In this document: piece by piece, positions 10,845 to 22,225 of the stretch
Numbering within the stretch: the stretch's first letter is position 1
How the letters are laid out: the number at the start of each line of letters is the position of its first letter
From: Octopus sinensis
Taxonomy: Eukaryota
DNA: 64,000 nucleotides
Assembly (NCBI RefSeq): GCF_006345805.1
Contig: NC_043010.1
Location: 61,628,001-61,692,000, forward strand
Direction of reading: 5' to 3'
Notes under the pieces: generated by a model
The model's input: the letters and a program-made list of their open reading frames with translations, nothing else
What the model was told of the DNA's origin: nothing
The model's database searches: none
Translations under genes and position numbers: made by a program

Positions 10845-11150
10845 CAATCAGATGTTGTATACCCCATTGGTCATAAAGCATTTCCAATTCCGTCTTAGTT
10901 GTACCATTCTTTTCCCTCTTGACCTAAATTGTCTTCCCATTTCTGAGGAGGCCTTCCAAGTGGCCCTTTCCAATCTGTTAGATACCACTCGGCATCTGCA
11001 AGGGTCCACCTGTGACTGTGAACCTTGCAACATGTCCGGCCCAGCAGAGTTTGTGCTTTGATCCCATAATTCACTCTACTCCGTTATTTCATTTCGAATG
11101 TGTTCCCTTAATGATATTTCTAGTAAGGATCTTTTCATGACCCTTTGCAT
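10845..11150 (-). mobile_element. RTE-clade LINE, decayed 3' ORF fragment
   Basis: Frameshifted translation MQRVMKRSLLEISLREHIRNE...CWAGHVARF...RW...EWY...GRPPQKWEDNL, the typical RTE post-RT motif WAGHVAR/GRP..W.D. Confidence 0.7.
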
Positions 11151-11313
11151 ATCATGATACATACAATGTGTATGTGTGTTCGTTTCTCTTTTTGTCATCT
11201 GGGATTTTATTTTTGATCTTTTATCTAAATGAAAATATTTCCTCCATCTGGCTGCTTTTCTTTCTACAAAATGAGAAGTTACATTGAGGAACTGTTATTT
11301 TAACAAGTTGTGT

Positions 11314-11431
11314 TTATTTATCACCTGACGAGATACATCTGCACCGCTGGATACACCTGAACCAGATGTTGAGTGTCTCACCCATGAGGGATCAATGCTA
11401 GATGTGTTGAAACAATTGTCATGATTAATAA
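11314..11431 (+). ncRNA. Type I hammerhead ribozyme motif (Penelope-like) with extended stem II
   Basis: Core CTGACGA at 11325-11331. Stem II is G-ATACATCT/AGATGTGT-T. GAAA at 11409-11412, palindromic stem III CAATTG, GTC cleavage triplet ending at 11420. Stem I pairs at 9 of 11 positions. Confidence 0.7.
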
Positions 11432-12860
11432 TAAATTCTCTCGTATATTCCATCTTCCGTCTTTCATTTGCCATATATACAAATATATATATATATCATC
11501 ATCATTTAACATCTATATTCCGGTGGCACATAAAAAACACCCACTACACTCTCGGAGTGGTTATGTTAGAAAGGGCATCCAGCTGTAGAAACTCTGCCAG
11601 ATCAAGATTGGAGCCTGGTGTGGCTGTCTGGTTCACCATCCCTCAGTCAAAATCGTCCAACCCATGCTAGCATGGAAGGCAGACATTAAACAATGATGAT
11701 GATGATTCCATGCTAGCATAATATGGATGGTTTGCCTGGGTCCAACAAGCTGGGCAACTGTGGCAAGCTCCAGTTCCTGCTTTGGCAAAGTTTCTACGGT
11801 TGGATGCCATTCCAGGGATGGTTTGTAGGAGATGAAGGTAAAGGTGGCTGTAAGGAAGAAGGGTAGTGGTGTTGTTGATGGTAAATAAGAGTATGGGGTG
11901 AAGCTGATAAGAAACAGAGGTGGCTCAGGATAGGGGAGGGGGTGTAGGGGCAGCACAGAAAGGCTGGAGAGCAGCAAATGAATAAAACTGCAGATAGATG
12001 AGATATAGGGAGATGGTGTGTAAGGGTGAAGGTAGAGGCGGAGTGGCGAGTGAGGGTGAGATGTAGAGCATCAGAGGTGCACAGGGATGGATATAGTGAG
12101 AGATGAACCAAGGTGGTGGTGGGGGGGGACAATAACTGTCAGATATGAAAGGGTATTAAGAATAAGATATGGCAATCATAAGATGTAGATCAAGGGAAAG
12201 GAAGAGATAAATGGTGGCACAGAAAGGGTAACCAGTAGAAAATAAAGTGGGAACGGATGATATTAGGAATGAAGGATGTATGTCAAAGGCAAGTGTTTAA
12301 AAGGGAGAGGAATAACTGGGAGAAAAAGAAAAGGGGGGGGTCGAAATATGAAGTTCTGTACTCATAGCATCTGAAAAGTACCGGAGTTAGGTGACTTGCA
12401 CAATTCCAACAAGAACTCAAAATGTATTTGTCTAAACATGGAAAAACAGACCTAAAATAAGCAGTGTGTGTCTGTGTGTATACACACACATACATATGCA
12501 GTTGTTTTGTCCTAAGTCCCCTGACCCCCAAATGAAATGACACAGGGTGTGGTTTGTTGACAAAGTAAAAATAAACAGCTACATTCAAGTATCGATGGCT
12601 ATTTTCTTTATCGGTCTGAAGAAATAGGCTGCGTCCATTACCTTATCAGACCTTCTGGGACGGCTGAAAGTAAATTTCTATATTAACACCCGCACGATTT
12701 TCACTAAGAAAAAGAAAAAAAACCCCAAAAAATCGGATTTTTTGCGTGGTATCAAGTACCCTGGCCTCCTAATATGCTGCAAATCCCTTATTTTGGTTTG
12801 GAAAAGGGTGGGGGCGAGCACCCCCCTCCTTTTTTTTCAAACCAAAATAACTCTCTCTCT

Positions 12861-13222
12861 CTCTCTTTTACTCTTTTACTTGTTTCAGTCATTTGACTGC
12901 GGCCATGCTGGAGCACCACCTTTTTTTAGTCGAGCAAATCGACCCCGGGACTTATTCTTTGTAAGCCCAGTACTTATTCTATCGGTCTCCTTTGCTGAAC
13001 CGCTAAACACACCAGCATCGGTTGTCAAGCAATGCTAGGGGGACAAACACAGACACACATATATACGACAGGCTTCTTTCAGTTTCCGTCTACCAAATCC
13101 ACTCACAAGGCATTGGTCGGCCCGGGGCTATAGCAGAAGACACTTGCCCAAGATGCCACGCAGTGGGATTGAACCCGGAACCATGTGGTTGGTTAGCAAA
13201 CTACTTACCACACAGCCACTCC
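12861..13222 (-). mobile_element. Full-length tRNA-headed SINE (family B, CORE-like body)
   Basis: Head tgtgtggtaagtag...ggttcaatcccactgcgtggcatcttgggcaagtgtc and tail gactgaaacaagtaaaagag. Near-identical architecture to 62812-63170 (+). Confidence 0.85.
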
Positions 13223-14581
13223 TATAAGGGAGTTTTTGGGGGTTTTTTTCTTATTGAAAATCGTGTGGGTGTTAATATAGAAACATACCCAGCTGAAATC
13301 AACACGGTTAACGGCCCACTAATTGCAAGTTGACGGCTGCAACTCCGCTGATATAATAATAATATTGATAATGTAAAGAGAAGAGGTGGGCATAACAGGA
13401 ATGCATGCTTGAGTTGATCCCCCCCCCAAAAAAAAAAAACTGAGGCCATTATAGTAGCGGAGGAGGCGACTAAGAGTGGATATAGTAAGACTGCTGTCAC
13501 TGTGATACGAACTCACATATTCCTATAAAAACATCAAGTGTTAACAGAATTTTAAATTTTAAAATAACGGACAACAGAAAATGCATTAATTTAAGAAAAA
13601 AAGGGAAACTTTCGCTACATAAATTCGTCTAAATACACAAGAGTCGTTAAGTTCGGAAACAGCATTATAAATAAAACAAAATATTGAAACATAATTTCAA
13701 ATATTAAACAGAGATGTCAAAATCGACATTTTCAATAGTGAAAGCAAAAGAGCTGAATATGGAAACGTCGTTTTGTAAACAAAAAACTTAAACAAATTCA
13801 TGTTTGATAACAAAAATGATTTGAGAAGAAACATTTCTGAAATATTTACATTTTTCTTTTTTCATTTTTTTTGACAATCGCAAGACAGAAAAACAAAACA
13901 TTTTAAAGAAATATAAAAACACAGAAACATACCGAATAACAGCGATGCAGCAGTTAGCGGTGTCGAGGGGAAAATCTCCCTTCTGTTAAATATATCCATG
14001 TAGGAAGTAAATTTTCTCTTTCTCTTTTACTTGTTTCAGTCATTTGACTGCGGCCATGCTGGAGCACCGCCTTTAGTCGAGCAACTCGACCCCGGGACTT
14101 ATTCTTTGTAAGTCCAATACTTATCTTTCGGTCACTTTTGCCGAACCGCTAAGTGACTTAATACTTAAATTATTTTAAAAGACTTCTTAATGTCTAATAA
14201 GAATGAAAATCAACTCCAAAAGTTGACTTGTACTTTAATTTATTCTTCATCTTTCGAATGAATGGTACAATTGATTCCAACGAGATTTAAGTTCTGAAAG
14301 GACGCATCGTAATTAAATCCCGAAAGGCATTTAGTCAAATGCTCTACCTTTTGTGAAAGTAAATAATAAAAAAAATAATTAAGCGTCGTATTTATTGCGA
14401 AAAAGCATAAATACTGAATGTAACGGTTTTTGTGTGTTTCTTGAATGGCTTATAAACACCTTCCACGCTGCAATTGTTTTCGTTCCAGCACACGATCTCA
14501 GATCAGGTCACTTGCTATGCAAGTACATCTCCGTAATCCCTACAGTGTTATATATAAAAGAAGACACATTGGATTGTGTAG

Positions 14582-14885
14582 CCCCTGTTGTTGTTGTTGT
14601 TTGTTCCTTCTCGGGCCATGCCTGGCTCATAAGGGCTGGTTTCCCGGTTTCCTTGGCATATAGGTTCCCCACCTGGACGGGACGCTGGTCTGTCGCAGGT
14701 GAGCTGCAAGATGCAAGAGGAAAGATTGAGAGAAAGTTGTGGTGAAAGAGTTAGCAGAAGTTCACCATCACCTTCTGCCGGATCCACGTGGAGCTTAGAT
14801 GTTTCGCTCATAAACACACACATCGCCCGGTCTGAGATTCGAACCCGCGAGACCGCTGCTCTAACCACTAGGCCATGTGCCCCCA
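14582..14885 (-). mobile_element. tRNA-derived SINE (family D) whose head is amplified into a satellite
   Basis: Homologous to 2320-2624, with an (AAC)n tail and a ~13-bp deletion between the A and B boxes. TSD tgtgtag at 14575-14581 and 17606-17612. Confidence 0.85.
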
Positions 14886-17605
14886 CTCTGCTCTAACCAC
14901 TAGGCCATGTGCCCCCACTCTGCTCTAACCACTAGGCCATGTGCCTCCACTCTGCTCTAACCACTAGGCCATGTGCCTCCACTCTGCTCTAACCACTAGG
15001 CCATGTGTCCCCACTCTGCTCTAACCACTAGGCCATGTGCCCCCACTCTGCTCTAACCACTAGGCCATGTGCCCCCACTCTGCTCTAACCACTAGGCCAT
15101 ATGCCTCCACTCTGCTCTAACCACTAGGCCATGTGCCCCCACTCTGCTCTACCACTAGGCCATGTGCCCCCACTCTGCTCTAACCACTAGGCCATGTGCC
15201 CCCACTCTGCTCTAACCACTAGGCCATGTGCCTCCACTCTTATCTAACCACTAGGACAGGTGCCCCCACTCTGCTCTAACCATTAGGCCATGTGCCTTCA
15301 CTCTGCTCTAACCACTAGGCCATGTGCCTCCACTGTGCTCTAACCACTAGGCCAAGTGCCCCCACTCTGCTCTAACCACTAGGCCATGTGCCTCCACTCT
15401 GCTCTAACCACTAGGCAATGTGCCCCCACTCTGCTCTAACCACTAGGCCATGTGCCTCCACTCTGCTCTAACCACTAGGCCATGTGCCCCCACTCTGCTC
15501 TAACCACTAGGCCATGTGCCTCCACTCTGCTCTAACCATTAGGCCATGTGCCCCCACTCTGCTCTAACCACTAGGCCATGTGCCTCCACTCTGCTCTAAC
15601 CACTAGGCCATGTGCCCCCACTCTGCTCTAACCACTAGGCCATGTGCCTCCACTCTGCTCTAACCACTAGGCCATGTGCACCCACTCTGCTCTAACCACT
15701 AGGCCATGTGCCTCCACTCTGCTCTAACCACTAGGCCATGTGCCCCCACTTTGCTCTAACCACTAGGCCATGTGCCTCCACTCTTATCTAATCACTAGGA
15801 CAGGTGCCCCCACTCTGCTCTAACCACTAGGCCATGTGCCTCCACTCTGCTCTAACCACTAGGCCATGTGCCTCCACTCTGCTCTAACCACTAGGCCATG
15901 TGCCTCCACTCTGCTCTAACCACTAGGCCATGTGCCCCCACTCTGCTCTAACCACTAGGCCATGTGCCTCCACTCTGGTCTAACCACTAGGCCATGTGCC
16001 TCCACTCTTATCTAACCACTAGGACAGGTGCCCCCACTCTGCTCTAACCACTAGGCCATGTGCCTCCACTCTGCTCTAACCACTAGGCCATGTGCCCCCA
16101 CTCTGCTCTAACCACTAGACCATGTGCCTCCACTCTGCTCTAACCACTAGACCATGTGCCTCCACTCTGCTCTAACCACTAGGCCATGTGCCCCCACTCT
16201 GCTCTAACCACTAGGCCATGTGCCTCCACTCTGCTCTACCCACTAGGCCATGTGGCCCCACTCTGCTCTAACCACTAGGCCATGTGCCCCCACTCTGCTC
16301 TAACCACTAGGCCATTTGCCCCCACTCTGCTCTAACCACTAGGCCATGTGCCTCCACTCTGCTCTAACCACTAGGCCATGTGCCCCCACTCTGCTCTAAC
16401 CACTAGACCATGTGCCTCCACTGTGCTCTAACCACTAGGCCATGTGCCCCCACTGTGCTCTAACCACTAGGCCATGTGCCTCCACTGTGCTCTAACCACT
16501 AGGCCATGTGCCTCCACTCTGCTCTAACCACTAGGCCATGTGCCTCCACTCTGCTCTAACCACTAGGCCATATGCCCCCACTCTGCTCTAACCACTAGGC
16601 CATGTGCCCCCACTCTGCTCTAACCACTAGGCCATGTGCCTCCACTCTGCTCTAACCACTAGGCCATGTGCCCCCACTCTGCTCTAACCACTAGGCCATG
16701 TGCCCCCACTCTGCTCTAACCACTAGGCCATATGCCCCCACTCTGCTCTAACCACTAGGCCATGTGCCCCCACTCTGCTCTAACCACTAGGCCATATGCC
16801 CCCACTCTGCTCTAACCACTAGGCCATATGCCCCCACTCTGCTCTAACCACTAGGCAATGTGCCCCCACTCTGCTCTAACCACTAGGCCATATGCCTCCA
16901 CTGTGCTCTAACCACTAGGCCATATGCCCCCACTCTGCTCTAACCACTAGGCCATGTGCCCCCACTCTGCTCTAACCACTAGGCCATGTGCCCCCACTCT
17001 GCTCTAACCACTAGGCCATATGCCTCCACTGTGCTCTAACCACTAGGCCATGTGCCCCCACTCTGCTCTAACCACTAGGCCATGTGCCTCCACTGTGCTC
17101 TAACCACTAGGCCATGTGCCCCCACTCTGCTCTAACCACTAGGCCATGTGCCCCCACTGTGCTCTAACCACTAGGCCATGTGCCTCCAATCTGCTCTAAC
17201 CACTAGGCCATGTGCCTCCACTCTGCTCTAACCACTAGGCCATGTGCCTCCACTCTGCTCTAACCACTAGGCCATGTGCCCCCACTCTTCTCTAACCACT
17301 AGGCCATGTGCCTCCACTCTGCTCTAACCACTAGGCCATGTGCCTCCACTCTGCTCTAACCACTAGACCATGTGCCTCCACTGTGCTCTAACCACTAGGC
17401 CATGTGCCCCCACTGTGCTCTAACCACTAGGCCATGTGCCTCCACTGTGCTCTAACCACTAGGCCATGTGCCTCCACTGTGCTCTAACCACTAGGCCATG
17501 TGCCCCCACTGTGCTCTAACCACTAGGCCATGTGCCTCCAATCTGCTCTAACCACTAGGCCATGTGCCTCCAATCTGCTCTAACCACTAGGCCATGTGCC
17601 TCCAC
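14858..17605. repeat. 32-bp tandem array, ~86 copies, derived from a SINE A-box head
   Basis: Unit gctctaaccactaggccatgtgcc(c/t)ccact(c/g)t. Its reverse complement contains GGCACATGGCCTAGTGGTTAGAGC, identical to the SINE head at 2321. Confidence 0.95.
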
Positions 17606-17947
17606 TGTGTAGTCTCTAATATACAAAAAAGATGTAATGGTTGGTCATTGCTAGAATGTTTTTGATCACATACCTAAGGGGCCAAAACTAATTCTAGGGC
17701 ACAAGAACAGTAACAATGTTAGTTTGTGTTGGTGGGCGGGGTGGGGGTGTAATAGAAAGGATAAACTTGGGAATAAGATGTTGCTGTTTCTTGTCAGGTT
17801 CAAACACTTAAACTAAAACAGAAAACCAGATTATGGATTTCTGTTTATTCCTTTCTAAGAAGGTGATCAATTACTGTCATTTAGGTACATTTTATTCATT
17901 AATTCTGCCTCAACAACAGTTGAACTTGTAATATATTCTGTCACAAA

Positions 17948-18346
17948 AGGCAGCGAGCTAGCAGAAGCGTTAGCACACTGGGCGAAATGCTTAACAGTAT
18001 TTTGTCTGCTGTTACGTTCTGAGTTCAAATTCCGCCGAGGTCGACTTTGCCTTTCATCCTTTCGGGGTTGATTAAATGTACCAGTTATGCACTGGGATTG
18101 ATATAATCAACTTAATCCGTTTGTCTGTCCTTGTTCGTCCCCTTTGTGTTTAGCCCCTTGTGGGTAATAAAGAAATAGGTATTTTGTCTGCCATTATGTT
18201 CTAAGTTCAAATTCTGCCAAGATCGACTTTGCCTTTCATCCTTTCGGAGAGTCGATTAAATAAGTACCAGTCACACACTGGGGTTGATGTAATCGACTTA
18301 ATCCCTTTGTTTGTCCTCTCTATGTTTAGCCCCCTGTGGGCAAAGA
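17948..18346 (+). mobile_element. tRNA-headed SINE (family A), full copy followed by a tandem 5'-truncated copy
   Basis: ggcagcgagctagcagaa...gagttcaaattccgccgaggtcgactttgcctttcatcctttcgggg...gtaccag. The central part resembles the MetaSINE-type domain (from memory, unverified). Confidence 0.85.
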
Positions 18347-19022
18347 AAAGCAAATATATTCTGTCACCCAAATATTTTATTTTTGCATTCTGCAATGTCA
18401 GCCCAAGAATTATTTAATCTTTTCTCTCTTGTTAAAGCCAACTCAGAATCTCAAATTTCTGCCATGTTTCTGTTGCCATACACTGCTGCCTTTGTTTCAA
18501 TTAATTTTGTAAATAATGAAGAATTTATTTAAAATATTTCGTTTTTGGATTTGGTTTGCAAGATTCTTTATATGAGTTTGTATGTTGAAGCATATTCTGC
18601 TGAGTCCGGGGAGAGTCATTTTCTTTTTGTGCCTTATAATTTAATACACTCATCGGTAAAATTTCCACTTATTTCTTATTTTTATTTTCCTAAAATTTTC
18701 GTTGTGTCTTGCAACTTTTTCAATAGTCAAGACTCTGTCCGTTATTTAACTTTGTCATTATTAAGCTGCTATTTGGAACATAGCATGAAATTCTAGTGGA
18801 GGATTTTAATTCTGTTCACTTTAAAACAAGAAGCTTATACCAGTAAAGCAGGGATAGTCTCAGGTGGGTTGGTATCAAAAAAGTTAAATACAGCCATGTC
18901 AGCCTGGTCCAGAGTGTGTCTCTTTCTTGTTGTGTTCTAAAGAAGCTCTGCTATAATGCTGTTGGTTCCTGCTAAAGCTTCTGACTTTGCTTAATCCCAA
19001 TCACTGAATATTCCTCCAGGTG

Positions 19023-19829
19023 CAGTGCTGGATAAACCATTAAGCAAAAATAAGCTTGTGCTTGGGGGATCAAGAGAAGCAAGGGACCACAGAAATGGTA
19101 AATGGTTTATGGCACAAAAGAATTCACTTTAACCCTTCAGCATTCAGATTATTCTGTCAAATGTTATGTTTATTTATCCACATAATTTTAAACTAATTAC
19201 ACTTAATTTTGTAGTTTCAAGATTTCAATGGTGTGTTTGTACATTTTTAGAAATACATTGTAGGGTGGGTGTGATAGGCTGAATCTGGTCAGTTACGACA
19301 CAGAACATTTGGGCTGGTTGTGGCCGGATTAAATACTAATGGATTAAACTTGCTAAAATAATATTCAAAGTATGATAAGAAATATTAATTTTTTAGTGTT
19401 CATGGTGTCATGGTGAGGATTTGATTAAAGATTTTGCAATTAAAAAATCTAGGAGAAAACCTTGCAAATATAAAAAAAAAGTGGAAGGATACAAAAATAA
19501 ACATTATTTTCCATCTTACTGTTAGTTTTGTTTCATATTGAAAACAGAAAAATTATTTTATGGTTTATTATTGTTTATAGTTTGAATTACATATATAGGG
19601 ATGTACCAAAATCTTTGATGTGCTTAGGGCCTTCAGGGCCAGCCATAGGGTTGCTGGTGCCCTGGGCAAGCTGAACTTTGGTGTGTACAGGCTGAGGATT
19701 GTGGAAATTTCCTTGTCTTTGTCATGCCCTCCTTAGTGCCCTCTAGCACATGGTGCCCTGGGTAACTGCCTGAATTGCCGGTACTTTGAGCCAACCCTGA
19801 GGGCCTTCATGGCTTTTAATCCAGCCCTG
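19023..19829. mobile_element. hAT-like MITE hosting two nested MITEs
   Basis: Ends cagtgctggataaa and tttaatccagccctg. It contains a TTAA-type MITE (19133-19343) and a hAT MITE (19634-19799) with exact 8-bp TSD AGGGCCTT. Confidence 0.65.
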
Positions 19830-20220
19830 CCTTGGAACATTTAGTGTCTTTCTCAATAATGTCTCTGCTTGAGTACTTATGATGGTACATGTGTGTATGT
19901 GTGTGTGTACAACAGAGGAAAGACATAACTTTAAAGTTGTTGGTTGATGCCTAATACAACTGTTCTTTTATTTCAAATCACTTCTGATCATATAGACTTA
20001 TTATTAAAGGAGTCCAGCCATGTCTATTACATCCTTTTTACCTTTCAGATATATTGTGTGCCAGTCTACATTATCTAACGTACCATCTACATTGGTAGGG
20101 AGTAGTTTATTGTACCATCTAATATGGTAAGGAGTAAACTGAGGGAGATTTAACTCTTGCTTCTAGCAGGTTGAGCTGCAACATAGAAGCTCTTTTATTG
20201 GCACAAACTACTATTTTTTA

Positions 20221-20453
20221 AGGCGGCGAGCTGGCAGAAATGTTAGCACGCTGGGCGAAATGCTTAGCGGTATTTCATCAGCCGTTACGTTCTGAGTTCA
20301 AATTCCGCTATGGTCGACTTTGTCTTTCATCTTTTTGGGGGTCGATAAATTAAGTACCAGTTACGCACTGGGGTCAATGTAATCGACTTAATCCCTTTAT
20401 CTGCCCTTGTTAGTCCTCTCTATGTTTAGCCCCTTGTGGGCAATAAAGAAATA
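20221..20453 (+). mobile_element. tRNA-headed SINE (family A) with 15-bp TSD
   Basis: ACAAACTACTATTTT at 20203-20217 and 20454-20468. Confidence 0.9.
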
Positions 20454-21112
20454 ACAAACTACTATTTTATTTAAGGGGAATCTAAGTTTTCCCTTAAATG
20501 TCTTCCACCCTTACTCTTTTGATACCCAAACACAAGATTACCCCTAGATCTAAAATAGTAATTTTCTCTTTAATGTAATCTTAAATTAAAACCTCCCTTC
20601 AAAATTTCATGGTAATTTGTTCCAAATGACAAATTTATTTTGCAAAATTCTTCCTTATTAAGGCTGGTGATTGGAACATAAATTAACAGGAAATAAATTG
20701 GAATTAAGTGAAAGAAAAACTGTGTATCTCAACAGAAATATGCGAACAAAAGGGTTAAAACAAAAGGGTTAAAACAAAGCCTTTCAAAATTTCACGTTAA
20801 TTTATGCTCTAAACACCAGCTTAATAATAACCATGTTATTTTGCTAAATTCTTCATTATTTTCATAATTGATTGAAACAAAGACGGTATTTCAAGAGAAA
20901 TCTTGCAACAAAACCGTTAAGCAGCAGGGCTGCCATCCATCATCAGGAATAGATTAAAACAAAAGCGTTGAGAATTTTCCATCACTTGCCTCCATGAGAT
21001 TATAGTCAGCCTAACCTTGGAGAATGCGAAATAATTAATCCCTTCCCATCGTTATCACCATCCAGCCTCAGGCTGCACCAGACAATTAATTATCAGGCAA
21101 GTTCAATAGCCT

Positions 21113-21190
21113 TGTGAAGAAGAAGGAGAAGAAGAAGAAGAAGAAGAAGAAGAAGGAGAAGAAGAAGAAGAAGAAGGAGAAGGAGAAGGA

Positions 21191-21225
<35 letters not shown>

Positions 21226-21410
21226 AGGAGGCGAAGAAGAGGGAGAAGGAGAAGAAGGAGAAGAAGTAGGAGAAGAAGAAGAAGAGGGAGAAGGAGAAGC
21301 AGGAAGAAGAAGAAGGAAGGAAGGAGAAGAAGAAGAAGAAGAAGAAGAAGAAGAGAAGAGAAAGAAGAAAGAAGAGAAGAAGAAGAAGAAGAAGAAGAAG
21401 AAGGAGAAGG

Positions 21411-21442
<32 letters not shown>

Positions 21443-21690
21443 GAGAAGAAGAAGAAGAAGAAGAGAAGAAGGAGAAGAAGAAGTAGGAGAAGATGAAGAA
21501 GAGGGAGAAGGAGAAGCAGGAAGAAGAAGAAGGAAGGAAGGAGAAGAAGAAGAAGAAGAAGAAGAGAAAGAAGAAGAAGAAGAAGAAGAAGAAGAAGAAG
21601 GGGAAGAAGAATAAAGAGAAGGAGGAGAAAGAGAAGAAGAAGAAGAAGAAGAAGAGAAGAAGAAGAAGAAGAAGAAGAAGAAGAAAGAAG
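21113..21690. repeat. ~580-bp (GAA/GGA)n polypurine tract
   Basis: The plus strand is almost all purine. Diagnostic interruptions (agtagg, gcagg) recur 217 bp apart. Confidence 0.95.
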
Positions 21691-22069
21691 TTTGGATTCT
21701 TGGATGTGAGCTTTCCATCTATTCCTCTGCTAGAGTTAACTGCCAAAGCTTCAGTTCCAAGTCACTCACAACTGCCTGAAGCTACTTGCCTAATGAAGAA
21801 ATCATTAGCGAAGTAAAGAAAGGGGGAAAAACCATTTTGAATAAAATAGAGAATTTCTCTTAATTTCTTTTTCCCTGTGAAATAATCTTTTAGAAACTGC
21901 TTCAAAAAAATACCAACATGGCTGATTGTCATTATTTTAGTGTACTTAATTAACCAGGAACGAAAAAGGAAGAGGACAGAGAGGAGAAAGGAGCTGTTGT
22001 CTAAATACTTAACTAAATCTTAATTAATTACAAGCACAGATTTTAATAAATCAACATATTTTTAATCAC

Positions 22070-22225
22070 ATAGACGTCAGCTTTATCTACTGGTTTTCAA
22101 GTGTGATTATCTTGCAGCCAATCAGCATTCTCGAAACTAATGACATCATCAAAATTAGCCAATGATAAGGGACATGTATATGAGGTCACGTTGATGGTAA
22201 CAAGCACGGCAGCCATTTTCGATTT
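22070..22225 (+). promoter_or_regulatory. Candidate Pol II promoter (NF-Y/CRE/YY1 type)
   Basis: AGACGTCA at ~22072, CCAAT at 22118 and 22159, TGACATCA at 22141, GGTCACGT at 22184 and a YY1-like GCAGCCATTTT at ~22209, all clustered in unique sequence. Confidence 0.55.

Noticed and set aside
12642-12663. Possible 22-nt minus-strand UTR micro-exon (ttcag|...aag|gtaatg)
   Set aside because: Splice-like signals alone are insufficient without transcript data.
14858-17605. CRISPR-like regular array
   Set aside because: The units are contiguous with no unique spacers, there are no cas genes, the context is eukaryotic, and the unit is explained by the SINE head.
21086-21816. Long ORFs (210, 217 and 107 aa) over the GAA tract
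   Set aside because: Poly-F/S/L/K/E translations of a simple repeat that lacks stop codons.
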